Source: Felis catus (lineage: Eukaryota). Taken from it: a stretch of 64,000 nucleotides of DNA. This document shows positions 11,045 through 23,639 of this stretch, piece after piece. The position numbers were made by a program, and so were the translations under genes. Each line of letters opens with the position of its first letter. The first letter of the stretch is position 1. The notes beneath the pieces were generated by a model. It did no database searches. It was not told the origin of the DNA and saw nothing but the letters and a program-made list of their open reading frames with translations. The stretch lies in the NCBI RefSeq assembly GCF_018350175.1, contig NC_058368.1, positions 28,150,001 through 28,214,000 on the forward strand, read 5' to 3'.

Positions 11045-14000
11045 AGCATGTGTGGGAACAGCCGACATTCACATATATTGTGTGTGTGTGGCGGGGCGGG
11101 GGAGGGGGTGTGGCGGCTGGTGCATGTGAGTGGTGTCTTTGGAATTATGGGAAGAAGGCTTGGAGAAAAAGTGCTCCCTACAGTTCTTTTTCCTAGTTAA
11201 CTTCCCTGCGATCGCCTATCTCCTCTATCGGGGAGACTGAGGGCAACTCTGAGTGTATTGTGCTTGGACCGGATTTGGCTCAAGTGTGTCCCCATGTGGA
11301 TGCTCCATTGTTGCTACCCTGGTGTCAAAGTGATACAGTGATGCACTGGGGACTTGAACAGAGCTATGGCCTTATCGTGGAGGCGTGGCTTATGCTGGGA
11401 GAAAATCTGAGTAACAATAAACAGTCTTTGACTGTATGCAACAAGGAGGTTTTTATTTTCCCTAAAACTCATGAGTTCGCTCCATAAAATTTACTGAGTG
11501 CATAATGTGTACCCAGAACCCATTTAAAGCCTAGGGCTCGAGTACAGAAAAAAAAAAAAAATTAGGAATGAAGATAATAAAATCTAAAGCTACAGGCACG
11601 GTAAGAGAAAGGAAGAGCCTGAAAACTGTGTTTGTTTTAAGCAAATGTGTTATCCTTTTGAAATTATTTCCTATATTTATCTTCTAAGAGCAGAGTCCAC
11701 ATTAGATAGACCATAAATCCAACTGAGTTCTGAGAAATAATATATTCTCAGACTTGCCTGAGGTGGGGTTTGCATGGCTGTATGTTTTTCTTGGTTTTAT
11801 TTGCATGAGAAAAAAAAGAATAGAAAAAAAGCTTACCAAGCACAGCTGTAAGGCTTTAGTTTCAACAAGCTATTAAAATTACTTCTCAGCTCAAAGGGTG
11901 GATTTTTATTTTTCATGAGTATATCTTATACCAAAAGGTAGCCCCATAATCTTCTTCTAACTTTAGATTATTTTGTAGATTTTCAGTCCGTCTTTCAATC
12001 ATCCAAAATGCTTCTATACAATCATGAGTAAAGGAGAAATGAAGCTGAAGGGTTTTTTTTTTTTCATTCCTTAAAGAAAAATCGAATTTATCCCTTCAGA
12101 CATGATTCTTAAATAGCTTGGATGCAGTAAAAAAAAAAGAGGCTGACAGATAAATGCTAACATTTTTCTGGCTCGTGTTTTTTAGTTGTTTATATTCCTC
12201 ATCCAGTAAATGCTTTAAGTTATTTTCCACTTCCTCATTCACAATTATTCTTTGTTCTGAGTAAGAAGGTTGTTTGTCACAGGATGTAATAAAACATTTT
12301 AATCAGCTTGATGAAACAGTACAATTATATATTGTCGAGTGGGACACTGTACTTGGAAAAGTATTAGCCTGACCTCTTGCATGTCTAACTTGGGGGGCAA
12401 TGAATATCTTCTGAAGTGGAAGAGTGATCACCCATGGGGAAGCGAAAGCTGGTGCTTCATTTGAAGATGCTCTTGCTGATAACTTGCTTGCCAAGCCCAC
12501 AAAGTTGGCTGGAAAGCAAAACCGGTTGCAACACTATGTTTGGAGAAAATTTTGAAGTGTAACCAATTTCCCTCTTCTAATCATAATGTGCAGAACAAAA
12601 ACTATGTTCTGTAAAGAATCTATTTGAAAGACGTTGGATATTAAAAATGAGTCCTCATCATTCTCTGTCAAGTCTCCCGGAGCCAAGTTCAGACTCAATA
12701 AAAGTTGTACCACATTCTGATACCGAGATGCTCCAGTCCAATGAGTGAGACTGTAGGGATAAAGGGAAGTCTTTGCTCAGCTAGTTTCTTGTACCAAAAT
12801 CAATAACACCATGATCTTTTGACTGCTTGAATCTGGGAGGGGGGGAGGGGGAAGAGTGACAGGCCATGTATCCTAGACAAAAAATAACAACTATAGCTTC
12901 CGATAGGTATATTGAATGTCTAAGTGCCTGCCAAGTTTGATTCTTTCAAGTTTTATCCTTCAGGCCTGTATTGAAAATGAACAAAATTGTTCAAGGAGCT
13001 CAACTATCGTTTAGAGGACTTGTCAAGTGTACCCCTGGTAATAACAGGAAATTTTGCCTCTCTTGTGCTAATGAAATGCAGCTTGGCCTCACTTTAAGGA
13101 TTCTCGTTCATTTCAAATTATTTTTACAGAATAAAGTTCTTTCATTTACCTTTCTAATAATTTCGCAAATTAATTTAATGCATTTCTCTCCCTCCGAACA
13201 ATATGATAGAATAGGAAGAGTATTGATTTTAAAGGAAGATGGGAGATATATTGAAATTAAGAGCTGTGAGACCAGACAAGTTCTTAACCACCCGCCTTCC
13301 AGCACTAGATGCTTCTCTTCTGTACAATGACAAGAAGTCACCTGAATGAGAGATAATACATGTGAAGTATCTGGTAAAGTGACATGAGATAGGTGCTTGA
13401 TAAATATTATTTCTCTTCCCAGTTATTTTTTGGTTCCCAGAAAGCTCGATGCCTTCACATTCTAATTTTGTTTGTAAGTGCCTACGCTTCCCCAAGGGGC
13501 AGACTGTCCTGCTCCCAAGACCAGATGACAATACATGTTAATGCACCTGTAACATCACTCCTCTAGCTGCTAATGTTATCCATATATTCAGTGAACCCCT
13601 GTTGAGCATCTATTCCCTGCAAGTCACATGCTTGGAGACACTAAGATGGAGAAGATCCAAAGCCAGCACGCAAAAAAACAGGCTACCTTGCAAGGGAGAT
13701 GAACAAGAAAATCAGTAATTACATCACAGTGTCATCACTTTATCCAGGGGGTCTGCACACCATGTATGAGAGGAGAGAGTCTAGTCTCCCTGATGACAAT
13801 GGAGGGGAGGGGGAAGTCCAAGAATGCTTTACATGAGTCTAGACCTACCATAATTGTTAGCCAGGCAAGACAGGGGACAGGAGGGCATGCAGGAAAAAGG
13901 ACTCCGGCGGGGGGGGGGGGGGGGGGAGAAGAAATGACCTCTTTTTCTGGTAGCACAAAACCCATTACACTCAGTGTCAATAATCTTGCACTTCTGTTTA

Positions 14001-14510
14001 TCATGGATAAAAATGAGAAAACTTTTTGAGCGCGTGTTGTGGCCAAGTTGGACTGCGACAAGGACGTAAACACTGAATTAAGGCCTTCAAGAAGCTTGGA
14101 TTCTAGCTAGAAGAGTGAAACGGACATACTGCAGTCACCATTTAAGGCTGGAAGTCGACACTTGTGCCTAGAGCTGTCTGTGCCATCCAAGACTGGTAAG
14201 TGCTGCGCGGTGATTTACTGAACTTTACAGAATTAACAGCTTACCCAGGACTAAAAACGTTGAAAGCCAAAGTATTAGAGCCCAAGATTTCCAAGCTTAG
14301 TCTCAGATGCAAAAGCACTGGTCTGCTCAAAAAGGATGTTTTTAAGTTGAGCACATGAAAATGAGTGAATTGTATGTCATCTTATATGTTGAAATAATAG
14401 GAAAGCTGCAAAAATGGTTAGAAAATTAAGCAGTGGGGAAGAAAGCAGCTGACCTAGCATCTTTGAAAAACAGTGTTTTAAAAAATTAAAAAAAAAAAAA
14501 AAGAAAAAAA

Positions 14511-14741
14511 GGGGCGCCTGGGTGGCGCAGTCGGTTAAGCGTCCGACTTCAGCCAGGTCACAATCTCGCGGTCCGTGAGTTCGAGCCCCGCGTTGGGCTC
14601 TGGGCTGATGGCTCAGAGCCTGGAGCCTGTTTCCGATTCTGTGTCTCCCTCTCTCTCTGCCCCTTCCCCGTTCATGCTCTGTCTCTCTCTGTCCCAAAAA
14701 TAAACGTTGAAAAAAAAAATTAAAAAAAAAAAAAGAAAAAA
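14511..14741 (+). mobile_element. Young felid CAN-SINE (SINEC_Fc-like)
   Basis: Near-consensus body. Outer TSD gaaaaacagtgtttt at 14465-14479 / 14742-14756, with an extra A-rich 31 nt ahead of the head. Confidence 0.97.
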
Positions 14742-14898
14742 GAAAAACAGTGTTTTGACTGGATACTGTAAGGCTAAATACAGAAAGAACTGCACATGAA
14801 CGCTGGAGTTGATAAATTTGTTCCTCACGGGGCTATGGGTTCACAATTCTGATACTGTTTTATATACATAACAGGGTTGAACTAGTAAGTAAACGTAT

Positions 14899-16197
14899 AC
14901 AAGAAAATGCTGGGAAAAAATATATTGCTGTTGACAGCTAACGTTGCATATGTTTTCAAATTACAATATTTACATAGAGAATAGAATAGAAAAAGTTCAC
15001 TTATAAGATTAATATGGAAATGATATGAACACAAGGTTATATTAGGAAACGTAGTTTGATGAAGCTTTAATTTGAGTAAGATTAGTTTAAGTGTTTTGTT
15101 GTTGTTGTTTTTGTTTTTTTACTGTTAATGAGAGGTCATCCAAACTTGACCTGAAGAGAAAATCCTTATTTCTTGGTTTCATCCAGGAAGTCCAATACTC
15201 TTGATATTTGGAGAAATGAGCCATGAAGGAGCTCACCACTGCATCCAGCATGTGGAGGTGAAGGAACTACCTCAGAGAGGGGGGGCTCTCCTGGATCCGT
15301 AGGCCTCAGTGACCTTGTGATGGAGGTCAAGGTAGGCGAACACAGCCTGGTGGCTCTGGAGGCCTGTTGGAGAGGAGGGCACAGCACTTTAAAACCTAGG
15401 CCCTCTCCTGGGGAAGGGGCCATCAGCACTTGGCTCTTGGCCTCCTGGCAGGTTTGGAAAATCTCCTTGTGATGTGGTAAGTCTCATGATGTCTTTTGAG
15501 GCCGCAGGCATTTTAAAAACATCTCTACCATCTCCCCTTCTCGTTTTGAACATTTGGATCTCCCTTCTTGCAGTTCTCGACCCAGGGGAGTTAATTCCTC
15601 CATCAGCATCAAGCCCACCCTCTTTACCTTTCTGTAGGTTGTCCATAAGGCTAGTTATATTTAAGAACTCTTTCTCTAGCCTGGCATTCTCTGAAAATGA
15701 TTTAATCCCTGTATACTCCTTTCTAGTAGCCTTCAGCTTGTCAGCTAGTTGGCATTTCTCCCTAATCCAGGCAGCCCATGTTTCCGAAAGCTGCTTTTCA
15801 TGTCTTACGGAAAGCCAGCTTCTAACAGACTGAACACATCTGAGTAGAAATAAAAGACTCATAAATAAGGCAATGACGAGTGAACATGTCACTGTCTCCC
15901 ACTGGATGTCATCGAAGGTGAGTTGTGGATTCAGGTCTTCGGGCAGGATCTCCTCTACTGGCTTCCCAAGAATTAGCCCAAATCCAAGCTTTGCAGAGGA
16001 TAGCAGCTCCTCCACGGCACTGATCTACCACTGGGCTTTGCCCAGTTACCGTGGAAGCACCAGCCACAACAAAACCTAGGGAACACCTCAACATTCTTCT
16101 AGAACCCAACTAGCAACTGACAGCTTGGACTGGTCAGTGATATGGTCAATGGAGGGGGGAGATTTTCAAGTAAGGTATACTCATCTTTAAAAAATAA
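14899..16197 (-). pseudogene. CTAGE5: Processed pseudogene of the cTAGE5/MIA2 family
   Basis: Intronless. ORF 16015-15389 has a TM segment followed by SVRSWLSVRHEKQLSETWAAWIREKCQLADKL, similar to recalled cTAGE5 [42 protein letters not shown] resembles GPFLRRGPPF. Start is GTG rather than ATG, frameshifts are present, and the candidate TSD is agtaagtaaacgtat 14884-14898 / agtaagtaaatatat 16198-16212. Confidence 0.85.
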
Positions 16198-16588
16198 AGT
16201 AAGTAAATATATTGAGTACCAGGTTTCTTATTGATGGAGAAATAAGTTCTAAATAAGAAAAGGAAGGAAGTTAAAATAAACCCTATGGTGCAGGACTGAC
16301 GTTGGAGAAATCAGTAGGAGATGATTTAAAATACACACACACACACACACACACACAGAATGATACAGAATATATATAAATATATGATATGCATGGGTTA
16401 GTTTATATATAGTTAGTTTATCTCTAGCTTTGTCTGCCTAGAAGCAATGACACCCCAGTAACAATAAGCATACCCAGAGCCCAGGTCTTGGTTTCTAAAT
16501 ATTATTTTCCAATAAAAGAAACCAGGACACTCTTTGAAGAAGCGGTTGATTCATGGGGACAAAAAAAAGTCAGGATGAGCAATGCTAA

Positions 16589-16714
16589 GAGAAAAAGAAA
16601 AAGAAAAAGAAAAAGAAAAAAGAAAAGGAAAGGAAAGGAAAGGAAAGGAAAGGAAAAAGGAAAAGAAAGGAAAAGAAAAGAAAAGAAAAGAAAAGAAAAG
16701 AAAAGAAAAGAAAA
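16589..16714. repeat. (GAAAAA)n/(GGAAA)n/(GAAAA)n purine microsatellite
   Basis: Directly visible tandem units inside the old L1. Confidence 0.95.
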
Positions 16715-17666
16715 CGTGATGAAGGCATATTGAAAAGGCACAGGGTCCTACCTGATAGAGCTCCCAGTGGCCAACTCTGAAACAATTTAAGCAACAAAAT
16801 AAATAACAATAGGATTGGATCATAACCCAAAGCATAAAATAAATATCCTTGAGTCCATACTGTTATGAATAAATAAATAAATAAATGGCAGAGAAGAAAC
16901 AACACTTCATTACAGAATGCCCACTAGTAAATGTAGAAGAAATAAGGGAACTACAAAGTCCCCACGATCATGCTCTAGTGGTCATTACTGCAGGGAAGAA
17001 TCATCGGTTGATAATAAAATTAGTGGCAGATGTTTAAGGGGAAACAGGATATTTGTGTATATGTATACATATAAAAAATATATATTTTTAAAGGAAAGAT
17101 GGAACTTTATAGTAGAAACACCCATAGCCAAGTGATCAAGGTTAACATCACCAGTAATAAGATAAACCAACACCATGTATCCTTGATATGATGACCTGAG
17201 AAAGGCACATCTCCTCCATGGTTTTCTTTGCAATAATGCCTAACCTCGACTTAATCATGAAAAAACATTGGACAAACCCACATTAAAGAAATTCTACAGG
17301 CATGAAAGACGAGGAAAGTCTGAGAAACTGTCCCAGTGGAGGATACCAAGGACATGTGACAACTAAATGCAAAGTGAGATCCCAGAACAGAAAAAAGGGA
17401 CTTTGGTGGAAAAACTGGTAAAATCTGTATAAAACCTGTAGTTTAGTTAATAGTATTGTACCAACATTAATTGCTTGATACTGATCATTTTACTATTATT
17501 ATATACGATGTTAACATTACGGAAAGCTGAGTAAAGGGGATATGGACACTGTTCTGTTTGCAACTCTTTGTAAATCTAAAATTATCTCAAAATGAAAAGT
17601 TGAAAAAAAACAATAAAATTAAGCATCCTCATCTCTCTACAAATGGATCTGGGATCCTTCAAGGAC

Positions 17667-18127
17667 TGCCTTAGTTTCCCGTTGCTGCTGTAACAAATGA
17701 TCAGAGATGCAACGGCTTTTAACAACGCAAATTTATTATTTATAGTTGCATACGTCAGAACCCGATGTGGGCACTGCTGGACCAAATAGGTGCCAGCAGG
17801 ACCACTCTCATTTCTGGCAACTCTAGTGAAGAATCCTTTTACTTGCCTTTTTTCACTTCTGGGGACTGCCTGCCCTTTCTGGCTCCTCCTTCATCTTCAA
17901 AGCCAACAATGCAGGTCATATTGCTATCTCTCTGTCGGACTGTAGCTAGGAAAGTTTTCCTCTTCCAAGGACACATGTGATTACAGGGGACCTACCTGCA
18001 TAATCCCCATGTCAAAGTCTTTAACCTAATCCCGCCTGCAAAGTCCCACTTGCTATGTAATGCATCATATTCACAGGTTTGGGAATTAGGACAATTTAGA
18101 GGTGGGGGGCCTTATTCAACCTACCAT
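17667..18127 (-). mobile_element. MLT1C/D-type MaLR solo LTR
   Basis: ttagtttcccgttgctgctgtaacaaat ... ctgcaaagtcccacttgctatgtaa...atattcacaggtt...ttattcaacctacca. Confidence 0.85.
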
Positions 18128-18934
18128 GGGGACTTTTCCACGGAAAATGACTTAATTCTCTCCATGCCAATCCCAGGCAACTCCTAAAAAGCAGATGAGA
18201 CAAATTCCCAGGGTTTTCCGTATGAAAATCAGGTGAAGTATCCTGCACAGGGTTGGCGCATAGGATGTTCTTAATCAATGATCGCTGATTTGCTCTGAAA
18301 ATGGAATTACTACACTACTACTTCTGGTCCTTTAGTGAATGTTGGACTACCTTCCAGGTGGTTCATTTCTATCTCGATGGTTCTCACATTTCCACTCGGA
18401 AAGTCTCGGCCTTTGTTAGAGCTGCAACTCCAGACCCTTCTGTTCTCAGGCATGGCTGGGTCTGCGTATCCTCATTCCGTCTTGTGGCACGTCTCCTGTG
18501 CTCTGCATAGCACCAGGTCCGGGGTAAATATTTAATGGGTAATTGTCAAAATGAACTCTCAGAAAGGAACTCTCTCCCATGCAGCAGACCTACACAGCCT
18601 TATCTCATATCCGCTTTAGCCTTTTAAGAAATGGAAACCCATTTTTGCCCTGCATTCAGAAGAAGAATGTAAAAAAGGAGTGGGAAGTGGTTCTTTCCAT
18701 AATTTTGGTGTGATAGAGCAGATAATGTTTTTATTACGGTCTTTGATGCAAACAGGGAGAGTCAGGCTGAAAATACAATTTTCATGGATTATTTTAATGT
18801 TAAATCTTTGCACTTTGAAGCACCTTGTACAATGCCCACATTCTCAAGTCATTCTCAGATATTTATGTGAATAAATGTACATTTTATTCATGGGCACTTC
18901 ACATGCGCCGCTAGTGGTTTTTGGATCCATTTGC

Positions 18935-19112
18935 CAAAGCAGCTATATCTGAGCTAAACCATCGCCTGAGGCGCTTTTAAAAATACTGATATCCAGATAC
19001 TTATACTTGCCCTTAAACAAATCCTGATTTAATTATTCTGATAGGGTCTCAGTCATTAGTCTATTTAAGCTTCCCAAGTGATTATGATATAAAACCAGGA
19101 AAGCAAACCACT
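18935..19112. mobile_element. MER5-like hAT-Charlie MITE (decayed)
   Basis: ttttaaaaatactgat...ctgatttaattattctg...agcttcccaagtgattatgat...aaccact. Confidence 0.55.
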
Positions 19113-19581
19113 AAGTTAAAGAAATGGTGTTTCTTAATATTAAACGTCAGAATGTGCTTTGCAGAAGAAATGGGTGCGAGGCAGCCTTCCCACGCTGAAA
19201 TATGCCTCCATTCCTTACGTGCAAGTGACATCCATTCCGTAATCAGATGACTTCTGCTGAGGTCCAACCAGCACAGTCCTTTTAACTCCTTGTCCAAATT
19301 GCTCATTCTGGAAACAGCACCCTCTCTCAGTTGTCATTTCTGCCCCCCCCCCCCGGTTTCACATCCTTCTGTTTGTTCCACTGCTGGATCAGGACTAATG
19401 CTCTATGCATTGCCCACTCTGCTTCCTACAGCCACCTTCATCCATCCCCAGTGGTCACTTTCTTGGCTCTGATGCTTTCTTTCATCCTCCCGTGATGCAT
19501 TCTCATCCCTTGTAATCCTTTGCTATTTCTTAACACAAATAATGGGAAGAATCAGAGTGCAAAAAGAATTCACTGGTATAC

Positions 19582-20023
19582 TGTGGCCACCATAAAAATG
19601 TTCCTCCCAACCGCAGGAAGCATAGTTGACATATGGGCCCAGGTGCTGTGCTGAGGAATCCACCGCCCCATTAGTGCGAGGCTACCCTTCCTTCGGGTGC
19701 TCCCAAGCAATGGCTGAGCGTCACAGTATGCTAAGTCTGACCAGTCCCTGGGAGCCTTGAACTCCTCTGACTGGCGACTTGAGTTCAAGGGCTTCTTATT
19801 GGCTTTGCCAAATGTTCCCAGAACTGAACCCCCAGCTGTGACTCTTTCCCCATCCATTCCTCCTCTCCCTCTCTCCCCAAGGTCAGGACAACGGCCAGCA
19901 TCAATGGTCTCCTAGTCCTCCCAGCTCCCTCTCCGTTTTTCCTCCCAGGCATCTTCCCAGATAAATTTCGTACACACCTAACCCTATCTTAGTGTCTGCT
20001 TCTTGGAGAATCCAGACCAGCAT
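19582..20023 (+). mobile_element. LTR16C-like ERVL solo LTR
   Basis: gctcccaagcaatggctgagc...actcctctgactggc... and the end atcttagtgtctgcttcttggagaatccagaccagca match the LTR16 family. Confidence 0.8.
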
Positions 20024-20256
20024 GTGTACTATAGGGGGAAGTGGTAAGAATAACTGGATTCTACTCTAAAAGAAACTAACGATTCCCAACACATTTATCT
20101 GATCGTCATTAACTAATGTGTGGATATATGTATATGTGCACATCCACTCGTTTCAAAGAAAGACTGTCAAGGCTAATGAAAAGCTATAAGGAATGAACAA
20201 ACTGGGAAACTGATAGCCGGAGAAAATGCCCGTAATACATGCTATAAGGACTCCCA

Positions 20257-20420
20257 GCGGTGGTTCTCAACCTCGGTCGCACATTAGAATCACTCAGAGA
20301 ACTTTAAAAATGCTGGCGCCCAGCTTGAGATTCTGACGCAATTGGGCTGGTGAGCCTGGGAATTCACATTTAAAAAGCTCCCCAGATGCTTTTAGTGTGC
20401 AGTAATGTTTGTGAACCCTA
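20257..20420. mobile_element. MER5B-like hAT MITE
   Basis: gtggttctcaacctcggtcgcacattagaatcact...aaaagctccccagatgcttttagtgtgcag. Confidence 0.75.
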
Positions 20421-22237
20421 CTCTATAGGTGTGCACACAGATGGGCCACCATTTATAGTACCTATAATGTGTAAGCTACCCAGTTGCTCGGGAGAAATGT
20501 GGTTAATCGTAGTCCTGAGGGAAGAGAAAAATTTCTTCAGCAGATCTTCACAAAGGAAACACTGTGGGATGTCATCAACCACATCCTTAACAACATCCTC
20601 AGAGTAAACACAAAAATGACTTTCATAGAGTTGCTCCCTATGACATCCTTCAACGTTGCCAGGTTCTTTCCATGTGCTACCACTTAGAGCAAGCAGGTTC
20701 TGCTCACGTACAAATTTGGAGAGGAATTTTCCACTTCGGTTAGTGTATCTCACCCCGAAAGGCTTCATGCTGTGTCTTGGGGTAAAGTTCCATGGTTGGA
20801 ATCCAGGGGTCCCAGAGAATATACACTTTTATCTATTTTTTTTTTGATAATGAGATTCTGCATAAAATTGTTTGACCGAAAGATTCTACCTCCGACAAGA
20901 ATTTGAAAATCACCCCTCAGCCTAAAGAAAAAGAAATGCTCCCACTTTTCAACAATTCTGAGCTGATCACAATTGCACCCACAATAAATCTTGACTTGAA
21001 TATCTCAGAAATAATTAACTTCACTGTAGAATGATCAATAAAGACGAACTTCAGACTGACTTGCTATCCAAACTGATAGGGTACGCCTGACCAGGGGTGA
21101 TCCATCCATTAAATAAAATCTGAGGTAGAGAGGTAGATGGCATCCATGAAATAAAATCTGAATATGAGGACGAGTTAGTGAAAGTCCAGCTTTCTTGGGA
21201 CATGACACTAAACCCCATCAAAAAGGTCAACCCCGTTGGAATTCTTACAGCTAGGCTCTAATCTGGCCATCCTCTGTCTTCAGAAAGAACACCTCAGGGA
21301 GCCTCCTTACCTGGGCACAGAACACCCCCGCACAGATCACACGGGTGCCCACCGGCTTCCCATGCCTGGCTCAGGCCAGCGCTGCATACTGAATTTCTGG
21401 CTTCTTCCTTCCTCCTCCTGAGTTTTTCTTCCCAGTATCCTTGCAATCAACCTGGAATGGCAGGGTTGAAGATGTTTAATAAATGAGTTCTCCCCATCAC
21501 TTAAGGTTTACTAATCTCCTTGCTTATTGAGCTGCAGTTCATGGCAACTCTGGTGAAATTGATTAGAAAAAATTTAATATACATTTCTGTTACCTATGAA
21601 TTAATGTACGCTTCAAGGACATTGCTGTTTAGCTGATAGAGGGTGCATGCTATTAGCATTATAAAACGACCCTAGTAGTGACTTTGAAAAACTTAAGTAG
21701 GAAGTGCATTGAAAATCACAGAACCAGGCAGCAACAAACAAGTCCCAGGGTGGGCCTTTATGCCAAACGAATAAGCAAGACTGTCCAAAGAATCAAAGTT
21801 CAAGGACACCCAGAAGAAGAGAGAGAGAGAGAAAAAAAGAATAATTACATCTGCTGATCATCTCGGGTCCTTATTATTATATCGCCTCTATTCTTGGCTT
21901 CAAATGGACATACACAGAAAATGCTGATGTGTAACAAGAAACTCACTTTTTAAGCATTGTGATTTATAACTTGAAATGAATATTCACCTACTCTATCCCC
22001 ATTCCATTTTCACCAACAAACCATCATTATGCATGGGTGGTAGAATTAAAAAAAAAAAAAAGCCATTACTTTCCTTACAAGAAGAAAGGAAGCCTTGTAC
22101 GACTGGTAGAATTTCAGGTGCAAGCCAGGTACCTCGCCTCCCCTACCAGCTTACCAACCCTTGCCTTCTGCTAAGGTGTGGGGGTAATACACCTATCAGA
22201 TTCTTTCTGGAGAGAAAAGTCTTGATAGTGCAGAGAT

Positions 22238-22279
22238 AAAAACAAAACAAAACAAAACAAAACAAAACAAAACAAAACA
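22238..22279. repeat. (AAAAC)n microsatellite
   Basis: Directly visible. Confidence 0.95.
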
Positions 22280-22839
22280 AGTGAGCATGTGAGTAAAATA
22301 AAGCTACCAAAACAGGATAAAGGTAGAGAATGACTGAAGAGCCAAGATATAACATTTTACCAACATCACCACTGCCTTGGTGTTTACCCTGTATTGGCCT
22401 GAGGTGTGGACCAGCAGAGCATGGATATGCCAAAGGGCTCACTATTCTAGCCCAGCACTGAGATTCTTCCGGAGTGAGGTTCCCCACTTTTCAGTTTGGG
22501 GGTTATGTTCATTCCATCTCTTCCCCTTGATACTATTCGAGGTCCCCATGCTGCTGCCCCAGTGTGGCCACATCAGCAGTCACATGAGACAGGCTCTCCC
22601 CATGGAGTCTGCTCAAAGCTTGTGGAAGGTTTACCAGCTAGTGAAATAAAATCTGCTTCTTCCTTACAGTTTTAAAGGCTGTTCAGTGATGCACGTGAAT
22701 AATGACATTGGGTAGACTTTAAAATCTGGTGATCTGCTAAACTCTTTGAAACTGCAAAACCTTTTAGAGACAATGCAAAGATCACGCTTTGAGATCCCTG
22801 TTTCCATCCTGGGCAAGAAATTAAAAATGAAGGGCTGTA

Positions 22840-23082
22840 GGAGCACTTGGGTGGCTCAGTTGGCTGAATGCCCAACTCTTGCTTTTAGCTCAGTCAGGTC
22901 ATGGTCCCAGGGTCATGGGATAGAGCCCTGCATGGGGCTCCTTACTGAGCATGGAGTCTGCCTGGGATCCTCTCTCTCTCTCTCTCTCTCTCACTCTCGC
23001 TCTCTCTTTCTCTACCTCTTCCTCTTCCCCGCTCTCTCTCTCCCCCACTAGAGCGCCCTCTTTCTCTCTAAAATAAAAAAAT
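22840..23082 (+). mobile_element. Older CAN-SINE
   Basis: Head ggagcacttgggtggctcag, (CT)n and A-tail. TSD aaatgaagggctgta 22825-22839 / aaatgaagggctata 23083-23097. Confidence 0.92.
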
Positions 23083-23639
23083 AAATGAAGGGCTATAATG
23101 GTGCCAGGCTGACAGGAAATGAGTACAATGCCAGCCTGTGGAAAAATCTCAGTAAATCAGTTCTGGAAATTGTCCTTCTCCTTTCTTGCCCCAAGGCCAA
23201 GAAAAAAGTGAAGCAAGGAATGGGAAATTTTATCAAATTGGACTTCACCTCATTATTCTCACTATATCACAAATCCACCACTCTCCAGGGCAACCTAACC
23301 CCAGGTGATGCTTTTTAAATGAGCTATTCTTTCTCAGACTTGTCTAGTCAGAATCCACTGGTGACTGCATGGGAAGGTCAAGGGTGGGAGGCTCTGTCAC
23401 TAATGCTTTGAAGATAGGCCTGCGATGTTCTTAAATTTATTGAGCCTTTTCTACTGTGTGCCTGTATAGGCATGTGTGTGGTAAATAGCATTTAAAAAAT
23501 CATCTTTTAATGATTCTTTTGAATACTTATATCAGCATGAGCATTTTATTTTTTTCGTTAAGCTTCTTAGTTTATTAAAGATTTTTCAAAAGTGTTTCAT
23601 CTGATTACAAATTTTTAAAATAATGATTACAATAGGAAA

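Larger units (their letters stand above)
14830..17612 (+). mobile_element. Old L1 3' end (L1MC3/L1MC4/L1MD-like), split by the cTAGE retrocopy
   Basis: Diagnostic blocks cctagaagcaatgacaccccagtaaca, gagctcccagtggccaa, gtgatcaaggttaacatcaccagtaat and tgtaaatctaaaattat. The L1 sequence at 14830-14898 resumes at ~16198. Confidence 0.85.

Noticed and set aside
18905..18917. CTCF-like word (reverse complement CCACTAGCGGCGC)
   Set aside because: Spacing is one base short of the CTCF core, so key positions mismatch.
20418..20768. 116-aa minus-strand ORF and overlapping plus-strand ORFs
   Set aside because: No recognisable homology or convincing splice sites. Length is within chance expectation.
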